This document shows positions 26,126-38,100 of a stretch of 64,000 bases of DNA, in pieces; the first letter of the stretch is position 1; each line of letters starts with the position of its first letter. The stretch is from Macrostomum lignano (taxonomy: Eukaryota), in NCBI GenBank assembly GCA_002269645.1, contig NIVC01001022.1, positions 62,001-126,000 on the forward strand, given 5' to 3'. The notes below the pieces were generated by a model. That model did not search any database. It was given only the letters and a program-made list of their open reading frames with translations, and was not told the DNA's origin. A program made the position numbers and the translations under genes.

Positions 26126-26482
26126 TACGGCGTGATTTTTCGACACGAATGACAAAAATTTATCGTTGTACACAGCCTCCTGTCTGTAACTAAAAAATCA
26201 ATTCTGGTAATGACAGTATTTTTGAAGTTTAAGACATTAAAACAAATAAAAGTGAAAGAAAGCTCCAGAAAACGTCAATGACTCAAAATGTATTGTTGTT
26301 TCTTTCCTTGAGTCGTAAACAATTTATTTGACTATAACAAAATATGAATCAGCAACATTTACGACAAATCCTCGTGGATTTTAACACGGAACTGAAAAGT
26401 ATTAGAACGGAAAAATTTGTTTTTAGTTTACAATGTTCCTAGTTGTCAATTTCGCGGTCAAACGCATGTCGCAGATCACCTG

Positions 26483-27406
26483 TTAACTGACTGGACGTTT
26501 GCGGCCTGGAATGTAATTAAAAGTGTGGAAATTGAATTCACTAATCATAGAATTTAGTAACGTAGAGTATGCAACTCCGAAACCACCAACTTGCCTTCCA
26601 AATAGATGATCAACTGGTCGGCAAATTTCGCTGTGTCCTTGAACTTGCCGCCATTCGGGGAGAAGAAAATCTGTGGCGACGGGCCGCCCCACCTGAGCCA
26701 GTCGCAGGGCGGGTTGGCCGCCCAGGACACGCCCATGAAGCCGGAGTAGTTGTCGCAATCGGCGTTGCCGTCCTCGCGAATCAAAGCCATCTGGTTCGAC
26801 TTCTGAAACTCGGTCACCAGATTGCTCGTAGAAACCCGCGGCGACACTCTCAGCAGGTTGGCCTCGGTGAACCAGTTAGTTGAGTTCATTCCCAGTTCTA
26901 TGGAGAACGAAGCTCTGGCCAATCGCTCGCCAGCGTGACGCAGCTCGACAACGAGCTTCTTGGAGTTGTCAAAGTAGGCGGCCATGCCGCTCACGTCCAG
27001 CATGCTGGATCGGAACAGGGCGGGGACCTCGGACGTTGATGGCAGACCCTGCTGGGTCGCTCGGTTGAACTCTTTGGCAACGTCCAAGCCGGAGCCGGCT
27101 TTGATGGAGAACAGCAGGACGTTCTTGTCGCCTGTTGAAGGATTGGGCGCGAATGATACGTTCAATAGAGAGATCACAAGCTGTACTCTACTAGATCACA
27201 CCTCACCGTAGGTTTATCAGTCACTAACAGATGCGGTGGTTACATTTCGCTTACGGCAATAGCGCGACGAGATTAAGACTATATAGTGCTTTACCGTACC
27301 TTATCGTAGATGAAAGCTTACCAAGAAAAGCGAATTCGGGTTCGCTTCTGACTACCTGGGCGATAATCAGAACGATCCAGCAAGCCAGAAACTTCATGGC
27401 GCTCAT
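26483..27406 (-). CDS. Secreted uncharacterised protein, ~214 aa; exons 27322-27406, 26595-27131, 26483-26505 (last intron GC-AG)
   Basis: MSAMKFLACWIVLIIAQVVRSEPEFAFLG|DKNVLLFSIKAG... joins in phase 1 with a signal peptide. The body (FRSS.LD..., STNWF..ANL, C...SGFMGV....CDW...P.IFFS...AD.L.IYL) resembles an invertebrate extracellular domain I cannot name. Confidence 0.8.
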
Positions 27407-28605
27407 CGTTAAGCAATTCGATATAGATTCGGTTTTGCTAAATTCTCTGTAGTAAAGTTCTGTAACGGATCTCTACTGCCTTAGTCTTGAGACTAATTTG
27501 ATCATTTTTTCGAGCTCGAGGTGGTTCCAATTTATAAATGTCGACTTGTTTTTCTGCACTCATGGCTTCAGGCATTCCTCGAATTCTTTGTGATCTGTTC
27601 GAAGCACCTGGATCTCTAGAAGTGCTCTGGATCTCTACTTAAGTAGTAGGAGCATTTCATAAAAAAGTATTATTAGTGCCTGTAAACTCTCAAACTATTT
27701 GCAAACTTTCTGTGAACCATTGCAAGTTTGTTTATTTGTCTAACGTCGTTGTATCAATACCTACGGTGACTAGACATTGCAGTGCGGTGCTTCTGCACCT
27801 GTAACTTTTTTCTAAATCGTGTCATTTGTTTTGTTTTCAAAGCTCTGAAGATCTACACAACCGTCAAGTTGTACACAAGCTCTACACAACCGTTTAGCTA
27901 TAGATGATCAAGGAATTTGATAGGACAAAGTACATGCGGTTAAGACCTGTTTCAAGACAATCAGAAGTGAAATTTGACTTGGATTGAGCTGGGTTGACTT
28001 CGCTGGAGTAGCTGACGTACCGTATGTTGTAAATTGAGTAGGATTTTTCCAAGCTTCTGAGGTGCGATTTGAATTGATCAGATTGTATGCAGAGCAGAGT
28101 CAATCAAATTTGAGTTCTGATTATTTGATATGTTTCCAGTCAGAGAAAAACCACAGTAAACATTCTACAGCATTTCAGCATCATCACCTTAGTCTCTCAT
28201 TATTTCGATGCAACCCTGACGATGTCCCATACATGTGCTGTTGTCTTGAAGAATGCAGTTCGGCAAGCCGCCAAAGTTTACCATTGCGCAGCAACGACGC
28301 CAACGAGTTTCGTTGAATCAACCCATCGTCCAATTTCCTCATTACTTACATTGTGCTGGCTTCTTGCGGAGGCAACCTTCGAAACGTTTATGAATCACCA
28401 ATGGCATGCAAACTGTGAGTGGTTTAGCTACTACATAAGTACGAGCGTATTTATGTACTCGTAGATTTCATTCAATCTTTTGAAACCCTTTAATAATGTT
28501 TCGTGTTAAACAGCTAATATTTAGTTCAATGCTAGCAATCAGCACCATCCGTTCGGTAGGCAACAAAGAGTGGAATGACTTTTTTGAATAAGCTTCTGAT
28601 ATCTC

Positions 28606-28765
28606 TGCCTTCACATCATAGCAATTCCCCCGTAAGCCTTGACATCTCAGCAATTCCCTCAGTAAGCCTTGACATCTCAGCAATTCCCGCAGTGAGCCTT
28701 GATATCTCAGCAATTCCCCCAGTAAGCCTTGACATCTCAGCAATTCCCACCGTAAGCCTCGACAT
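28606..28765. repeat. 30-bp tandem repeat, ~5 units (GACATCTCAGCAATTCCC.CAGTAAGCCTT)
   Basis: Direct reading. Confidence 0.9.
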
Positions 28766-29043
28766 TAGTTCAATAGATACTTACTTTACATAAATTTAGT
28801 CCAAATGATGTACTGGAAAAATTATTGTGCAATTTAGTTTTCGAAATATAACAGCGGTGAGCCCAAAGTTTTTTGAACCAACATTGTATTTTATTTCAGT
28901 CGTGGGCTTTAAAATTTTGTTTACTGTGTACATTCATTGTGCGACTTGACGGCTCAATTGATAGGAGCGAGCCTTCTATTGACATAAAAAGTGTTATATT
29001 TAGATCGTTTGCGATAGACTCAGCAAGTTGCTAACATACTAAA

Positions 29044-29963
29044 ATGAATGTCGCTTTGATCACATCTCTCATCCAATCAGAATTGAGGAACGGGTCAGGG
29101 GTTGGGTAGTTAAAATGTACGCCTGGGCAATGTACATTCTGTCCCTCCCAGTTAGGCCGTAACAATAAAAACAACCTAACTACAGCCCGAAGCCAGCGCA
29201 GCTACTCATTGCAATTCCACAGCACACAGCGCGACAGCACCACCAGGCCATCCAGATGCAACTGCTAAGAGAGGCTATAGAACAGGCGGCAATGCAAGTC
29301 GATGAGCAGCACGAGGTCAACCTCGATGAAGACAGCGTCTCAGCTTCCTTGTCCACGTCATCATCAGTTTCCTCCGCTAGCGCCAATTCAGCAAACTCGG
29401 CGTTGAGTCTGGTCGAGGACACGTCGTCGAGTTTGTCCACATCGTCCGAAAATTTGAGCAACTCTGTGCCTCTCGTCCTGCGCCTGTTCGAGCTGCTGGC
29501 CGGACAGTCGCGTCATTCGGACACCTGGCGCTACCTTCTGCGAGCTGCCGCACCCGACCTAGTTGACTACTTAAGCCGACAGAGTGACGCAGCCTCGAGC
29601 ATTCTCGAGGACCCGTTCTATCCCGAGTTGGAACACGAGATCCGCGTGGTCCGCCGTCTGGACGCTGCCGATCGTCAAGGAGGCGCTGAAAATTTACAAT
29701 GGCGAATCGGCGACGCGGCTACGATTGGCCGGCGAACGATTCTCACGGTGGACTCGGACGAGTCGACAATCACAATGACCAGGTGCTCGCAACTGCCGGA
29801 GCCCGTGCAGCACGGTGGCTGCTGCAGTCTGCGATGCTGGCCAGTCGACTCGCTGCAAGACTACGCCAGGTGTTTAGACGCAGTCTACCTGAACAGTTGT
29901 CGACTTCTGGCCGACCGAATCGACCTGATGCGCGGTCGCTACCACTCGTGTCGACGAGGATGA
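29044..29963 (+). CDS. Uncharacterised protein; main exon 29186-29963, possible first exon 29044-29093
   Basis: Long GC-rich open frame after acceptor AACTACAG, with a Ser-rich stretch and a Cys-containing C-terminus. The candidate exon MNVALITSLIQSELRNG joins in phase 2 via a weak GTCAGG donor. No family recognised. Confidence 0.62.
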
Positions 29964-30565
29964 CCGATTTTTTTAAAAGCGTCATTTTTACGGAATTTTT
30001 ACGCAGACGAGTTAAAACAAAAACGACCCGAGATAGACTTGATGTCGGTTTTCATCAGATTCTTTCAAATAATATTTGCACTTATGCGTATATGATTGTC
30101 TTACCATTTTTGCACTTTTAACTAATATCATTTCCTAATATCGTTTGTATGCAGACGGGTACTGCCGTTTATTTTTTAATATCTCGTCTTTAATAATCAG
30201 ACGAGCCACTTCATAGAAATCTCCATTTGTTTGAGAAACCTTTGATTAATATGAATAACACCATTTCCTAGAAAACTTTGTGCAAATTAACTCAATTATA
30301 ACCATTGCGTAATATCTCATACAGGTATTTTGGCTTTGCGATTCAGCTGCTTGATTTTCCTATCTATTTTTTTCTTATCTAAAACTAGAAAATCTGTTTC
30401 GACTGAGGCTTTGTAATATAAAAAAATGATAATAAATATTTTGCGACTAACGCAATACGAAAGCCTTTTTGGATAGCAGTTCTTAAATCGGTTACTGCCG
30501 CGTGACATCGATTTGGCAGTAAAATTGGCGTGAATTAACAAACTTTTTGTTCTTTATTGGGTCTA

Positions 30566-30586
30566 ACTAACTGACTAACTAACTAG

Positions 30587-30631
<45 letters not shown>

Positions 30632-30680
30632 GAACAAACAAACAAGCAAACTAACAAACAAACTGACTAACTAACTAACT
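30566..30680. repeat. (AACT)n microsatellite
   Basis: Direct reading. Confidence 0.92.
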
Positions 30681-32102
30681 ACATGTGGCACCCCGGCCAT
30701 TATCAATGAATTAAAAGAGTCAAATATCAACTCATTTTACATGGGTACGCATTTTGTGTCATAAGCGGTGAAGCAAGAGACGAAAAACTAATCGCGATTA
30801 TTTGATAAGATATATTTTAGCAATGTGCAGTGTCTTTCAAAAAGATTTTTCTTCTTTTCCGCTATTAAACAAACGAATTACCAATTTGAATCTTTGTCAA
30901 TGAAAGAAAGTTTGGCGCACAGACAAAACATACATGTTTAAAATAGCAATAACAATTTTGTGCAGCAAGAGAGCGTTCCTAACTATTTTATATCAACTAC
31001 TCGCAAGTAGGTAAGCAGCGCATCTGATAGGAATCAGAAATAAATATGCAGAAATAAGTAAAATGAGATCAAAGACAGAAAAACAAGAGTACATGATTTA
31101 AAATAAGATAGTCAATCTACCATATACTGACAGAGACAAATTATTCTATCTGGAGTAGATCGTCTTGGACTAAACAACGGAGTCTCCAGAACAGAGAAAA
31201 AAATCATTTTAATATTTGCATCAAATATATTTCAAAAAATTCACAATAAGAATGTTAACCAAGGCTCAATAGTAAACTCCTGCAGTTTTGTTAGGTAATT
31301 TATTTCAAAAAGAATAGAAATTTTAAGAAAATAATGCAACTCTTTTAACGAGTAGGTATATTTTTATTCGTGAATTTTACTCGTAGTTATTTAGGTCTTT
31401 AAGAGTTTAAATAAAATAAATAAAAATAAATAAATTTATTAACAGGTAAATTTTTACTTTTTTTTATAATAGCAGGACTGGATAGCATATCTTAAAATAT
31501 TTGAATTGTGTCTAAAATAAAACAAACATTTGCGTTTGTAAACACAGAATTAAATACTTTTCAACAACGGACGGTGTGAATAAAGTGTTATATAAGAAGT
31601 AAAAATCGGACGGGTATTGTGTTTGGTACGGAAAAGAACACTTTATCACATGATACTACCTATGAGTAATGTGTAAAGTTAGAAATATTGTTTAAAAAGT
31701 TTAAAACTTGGTTTTTATTGTGCGATACCAGAAAAAAAATAGTTATAACAAAAACATTTGGACGGTTTACAAAAACTTCAGACTGAAAAACAGCAAAAAT
31801 ACAAGAAACTAAAAAATCCATTATTAGCTCAAATCTGCTCTTCTGTTCTATAATTATTCACTGACTGAAAATTTATATATAATTTACGAGTATACGTGTA
31901 ATATGTATCTATAGGTGATTAAAACCAGATATCCAAGTGTGTGTGTGTGTGTGTTTGACTGCACGTTAATCACTAGCTATAGACGCAGTATAAATTACAA
32001 CAACGATTATAAAATGAAACAAAGACTCAGTAAGCAATAAAATTGTGTTACAAAGACAACCAACAGCCTGTCAGACTCCATCAGAGCAGCTGCAGACCTG
32101 CA

Positions 32103-35100
32103 TCACTCGCAAGCCAGTTTGCCATCAAACGATGACAGGGCCACACCAAAGGCCTGCAGAGCGCACATTGGATAGGCGAAGTCCATGGTGAAAATGTCAT
32201 CGGAAATGCGACCGAACTGCATCACGATGTAGTCGACTGTGAAAGTGCAGGGAGCGGTTTATAGATACAGAGAGTGTACATGCCTACAAACTATTAGAAA
32301 GTCAAACTTTCGTTACTCACCATCGTTGTCGTGAACGACTTGAAAATTTTTCACCGAAGCTTGAGTAACTCGACCGTGAAAGTTGAGCACATAGGATTGC
32401 GTGTCTACGAATAGATCGAGATGTTTTGGGAAAGGTTTTTCTCAGTTTTAAATGCCATTGAAGGAGTTGTTAGGGCTACATATACTTCTCAAAATAGCGA
32501 CATTGACTCTGTGATGCTGTACCAGCAGACAAAGTGACATTGACTCTGTGATGCTGTACCAGCAGACAGAGTGACATTGATTCTGCAACACTGTAGACAG
32601 AGTGACATTGACTCTGCACTACTGTAGACAGAGTGACATTGACTCTACAATACTGTAGACAGAGTGACATTGATTCTGTGATACTGTAGACAGAGTGACA
32701 TTGACTCTGCACTACTGTAGACAGAGTGACATTGACTCTACAATACTGTAGACAGAGTGACATTGATTCTGTGATACTGTAGACAGAGTGACATTGACTC
32801 TGCACTACTGTAGACAGAGTGACATTGACTCTGCACTACTGTAGACAGAGTGACATTGACTCTGCAATACTGTAGACAGAGTGACATTGACTCTGCACTA
32901 CTGTAGACAGAGTGACATTGACTCTGCACTACTGTAGACAGAGTGACATTGACTCTGCACTACTGTAGACAGAGTGACATTGACTCTACAATACTGTAGA
33001 CAGAGTGACATTGACTCTGTGATGCTGTACCAGCAGACAGAGTGACATTGATTCTGCAACACTGTAGACAGAGTGACATTGACTCTGCACTACTGTAGAC
33101 AGAGTGACATTGACTCTGCACTACTGTAGACAGAGTGACATTGACTCTACAATACTGTAGACAGAGTGACATTGACTCTGCACTACTGTAGACAGAGTGA
33201 CATTGACTCTGCACTACTGTAGACAGAGTGACATTGACTCTGCACTACTGTAGACAGAGTGCCATTGACTCTGCAATACTGTAGACAGAGTGACATTGAC
33301 TCTGCACTACTGTAGACAGAGTGACATTGACTCTGCACTACTGTAGACAGAGTGACATTGACTCTGCACTACTGTAGACAGAGTGACATTGACTCTGCAA
33401 TACTGTAGACAGAGTGACATTGACTCTGCACTACTGTAGACAGAGTGACATTGACTCTGCACTACTGTAGACAGAGTGACATTGACTCTGCACTACTGTA
33501 GACAGAGTGACATTGACTCTACAATACTGTAGACAGAGTGACATTGACTCTGTGATGCTGTACCAGCAGACAGAGTGACATTGATTCTGCAACACTGTAG
33601 ACAGAGTGACATTGACTCTGCACTACTGTAGACAGAGTGACATTGACTCTGCACTACTGTAGACAGAGTGACATTGACTCTACAATACTGTAGACAGAGT
33701 GACATTGACTCTGCACTACTGTAGACAGAGTGACATTGACTCTGCACTACTGTAGACAGAGTGACATTGACTCTGCACTACTGTAGACAGAGTGCCATTG
33801 ACTCTGCAATACTGTAGACAGAGTGACATTGACTCTGCACTACTGTAGACAGAGTGACATTGACTCTGCACTACTGTAGACAGAGTGACATTGACTCTGC
33901 AATACTGTAGACAGAGTGACATTGACTCTACAATACTGTAGACAGAGTGACATTGACTCTGCACCCTGACTTATATAGGCACTGTAAATAGAGGTGGGAA
34001 AAATATTCTCGATGCAGTGAAATTTACAGTATTGTAGAGAGTCGCACTTACCTTCATTCCAGACAGGAGTTTTATTGTGCAACTCTAGCAAGTTGTTCAT
34101 TTCCTTTCTCTTGTACCTGGCCAGCAGGCCGTCATCGTCCGACTTCGGACGGAGTTCGATCCTCTCCGAATCAGCGTTCATGCCCGGCAACAGGACGGTC
34201 ATCTTCCTCGGGCCCCGGAACCCCAGCACGTTGGTCTCGTAGGCGATCGCCGCCAACTCTCTACGCGCCAACTCGCCGCTTTTCTTAGGCGCCTCGCCGT
34301 TGTCAAACACGGTGAAACCAGTGCCAAAAAAATTGCCGCGCAATTTGCCAACGAAACTTTCGCCGGCACGTTTCAGATCTGTCGGGTCGCAGGAGATCAG
34401 GTAGTTCGCGGTGGACGAGTGGCGGCGCTTCCGAGCGGCCAGCAGGAAGATTTTCTTGCCATCATCGCGTTCCATGTGCAGGTAGTAAGTCGGGTAGCGG
34501 GTCCGCTCGATGCCCCGCGTGTCTCGAGTGATGCGGCCTTTGATTACGCAACCCTGAGGTGCCGGTCGAAGCACGAACTCTTCCAGATCTTCGGTTGGAT
34601 CCGGGATCAGATTGGCCAGACGGGAAGCGGTGCCCAGCTTCTGTTGGCTGCGGCGTGACTCCTAAGGTGGGGTTGTGTTCGCCATTTGCACATTGTTGCT
34701 GGGGTCATAGATGCTTTTATTGCAACCTCACACAGTTTATGATCTCAGTCATAGATGCTTTTATTGCAACCTCACACAGTTTATGATCTCAGTCATAGAT
34801 GCTTTTATTGACCCCACAGTGTATGTATATGATCTCAGTCATAGTACGAGACGCGAGACGCCTTAGCAACAGACATGTGTAAGACAAGAAAACGATTCAA
34901 AATATGTACATTATTTTAATCTTTTTAGCTCAGTGAAATTCAAAGAAATCCAATTACTAAGAGATTTACGTGCATAGAAAATTGAAAAGGAAATTAATTA
35001 TTAAATTCCTATTAGTCAGTCCAGCATTCGGTCACGAAATTTGACAGTCAAATCTGATCGGAAATGACGTGCTTTAACTTCATCAAAGAATTATTTAATT

Positions 35101-38100
35101 AACAAAGACAGCCTTTGAAGGCTTTATAAAGAACTCCATGAATGACTGGTCAGTCCTATTCCAGATCGCACATCTAGAACTCCATGAATGACTGGTCAGT
35201 CCTATTTCAGATCGCACATCTAGAACTCCATGAATGACTGGTCAGTCCTATTTCAGATCGCACATCTAGAACTCCATGAATGACTGGTCAGTCCTATTCT
35301 AGATTGCACTGCATCTAGAACTCCATGAATGACTGATCAGTCCTATTCCAGATCGCACATCTAGAACTCCATGAATGACTGGTCAGTCCTATTTCAGATC
35401 GCACATCTAGAACTCCATGAATGACTGGTCAGTCCTATTCTAGATTGCACTGCATCTAGAACTCCATGAATGACTGATCAGTCCTATTCCAGATCGCACA
35501 TCTAGAACTCCATGAATGACTGGTCAGTCCTATTTCAGATCGCACATCTAGAACTCCATGAATGACTGGTCAGTCCTATTTCAGATCGCACATCTAGAAC
35601 TCCATGAATGACTGGTCAGTCCTATTTCAGATCGCACATCTAGAACTCCATGAATGACTGGTCAGTCCTATTCCAGATCGCACATCTAGAACTCCATGAA
35701 TGACTGGTCAGTCCTATTTCAGATCGCACATCTAGAACTCCATGAATGACTGGTCAGTCCTATTTCAGATCGCACATCTAGAACTCCATGAATGACTGGT
35801 CAGTCCTATTCCAGATTGCACTGCATCTAGAACTCCATGAATGGTCATCAAGTCGGCAGTTACAGTGAATTGCTAATCCTACCTTAACCCCGAATTCTCC
35901 TCTCCTCCCACAGACTGCAGCAGCAGAGTTAACAAAGGCATTGTCAAACAAAGGTTTAATAGACAAAGGTGAGCTCTTGTGGACCTCGGCTAGTAATATG
36001 GCTTGTAATTAGAATAATTTACACAAATTATATTACTAGCTCGTAGATCTCAAGAATCCAATGAACGCATTCAGGAGTGTACAGCGGTCCTAACTTTATT
36101 TATCGTTAGGCATGTACATGTACACTTCACTGTGCCTAGACAACTGGGCTTACGTCCCTTACTTAGAATCAACCGATAGTGTATGTAATAAAGAATTGCA
36201 GAGAAATATCTAAAAATAGAAACATATACGAGCGTAGCTCCTATACACTTGCAACGCACTGCTAAAGATGTGGACTTTACCTTGGTAGGATCTACCATCT
36301 ATTTCTATTAAAGTTACTCTCGAATTTGAACCCAGAAGCTCGGTTAACTTTGTAACTGTCGCCCAAAATTTCAAACAATCCTATCCTACAGTCTTAACCC
36401 GCAATATCTAAATTCCCTCTCGAACTTCCTCCTCCTCTCCTCTTCTCGATCAACTAGTGGGTGGCTTCAAAGCACAGGGAGAGGTCGGCTAACGCCCCAG
36501 ACTGCCGGCAAACCCGCGCAGCTGTCCCCTGTCCTTCCTCCGCCCTGCGCAGGGCCCTGCTTGGACTCAACCGCAGGGACATCAGGGCGGTGACCATGGC
36601 CCCCTCGAATCATGGCTGTTTTGCCAGGCATCGTCACCTCCAGGGAAAAATCTGCAGTGAGGAATGCCCATTCTGCCCCTCCGGTGTCGAGAATGCGGAG
36701 CACTTTATCTGTGAATGCCCCGCCTTTACTAATGACAGGCTCACCTACCTCGGCTCAAACCCCGACCTCTGCGACGTTTTCAGGCCCGAGAATCTATGCC
36801 AGCTCGGGCTACCGGGCGAGCGACCATCCACCTCCTGGACTCTCCGAAGGGGGGATCTCACTGCGCAACACCGCAGCACCAGCTGCCAGTGGTCGCCAGG
36901 GGTTAGCGAAATGGGCGGCAACGCCTCCTCGCTGCATCCGGATGCACGGAGCCCCCCCTGCAGCTAAGTCAAGATCCTCAAAGAGGATTCGAACCCGGGA
37001 CCACTGAGTAGAACAGGGAGCAGCCCGCCAACTCACATCTGTCGCGGAGTCCAGCCGCACGCCGTGATTCCGGATGCTGTCCATGGATTTGTTCCGCGGG
37101 ATCGGCCCAACCTGGGTCTCGTCCTCGTCGCTCACGTCGTCGTCCAGATTGCCCCGGCGACCACCGCCGGCGGCGCCTTCATCTTCATCATCATCTTCGT
37201 CGTTGTCATCCTCGTCATCTCGACGCCGTCGAGCCTGCCGCTGCTTGCCGCCAGCGTCCTGCGGACTCGACGATCTCTGCCGGCGTCTGTCGTCGCGGCC
37301 GTCGACAGTCAGTCGATCGGGACCGCGGCGACGCGGCGCCTGGCGACTGTCTCGACGATCTTCATCATCGTCATCGTCGTCGTCGTCGCTTCGTCTGCCG
37401 CCGCCGCCGGACCTTCTTGGCGGCCCCCTTGACGGTGAAGCCGACGAAATTCGAGTCTCTTCCGGTCGTTTCTTGTTGCGCCGATCGCTGGAAGCGCCTC
37501 TGTCGCCTCTGCTTTTGCCGCCGCTGCCGCCGCCGCTTCGTCCGCGGTCTTTGCTGTCGCTATCGGACGAGTCGTAGTCTTTGGATTCGCCCTGCGGCGA
37601 GGCGTCGATTTTCAGCACGTGCACCCGGGTGGTGACGCCGTCCGGGTTGGCCATCTGGTAGGACTGCGGACCGTCGTAGGCTGCAAAACGGAGCATGAAA
37701 AAACATATCTGGACTGGACGTGACAGTCGGAATGAAAGGGAGAGTGGCGAGGAAGAGAGGGAGTCAGGGAGAGGGAGATATGGAGATAGAGGGGAGAGAG
37801 GAGGGATGGAGAAGAGAGGAAAGAGTTGGAGAGCGAGTAGAAGGAAAGAAAATGAGGCATGGAGATCATGAGATAGGGGAGAGGTAGAAGGGAGGGGTAG
37901 AGGAGAGATGTAGAGGGGAAGGGTAGAGGGAAAGGTTAGGGGGGAGAGGTAGAGGTGAGGGGTAGAGAGGAAGCGTAGAGGGGAGTGGTAGAGGGGAGTG
38001 GTAGAACGGAGTGGTAGAGGGGAGTGGTAAGAGGTAGAGAGGTACAAGGTAGACAGCAGAAGGAGAGAGACGAAGAGAGGGGATTTCCTCACCGAAATGC

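Noticed and set aside
27450-28420. Scattered exon-like segments upstream of the secreted-protein gene
   Set aside because: Could not be joined into a consistent, recognisable reading frame.
35131-35842. CRISPR-like appearance of the palindromic 46-bp repeat
   Set aside because: Units are head-to-tail with no unique spacers, there are no cas genes, and the context is a eukaryotic intron.
36975-37005. Isolated B-box GGTTCGAATCC on the minus strand
   Set aside because: No A box or cloverleaf, so not a tRNA gene; at most a SINE scrap. The other A/B-box hits are SINE heads, not tRNAs.
36809-37036. C-terminal part of the 472-aa minus-strand ORF
   Set aside because: Intron read-through past the GTGAGT donor, overlapping the antisense LINE fragment.
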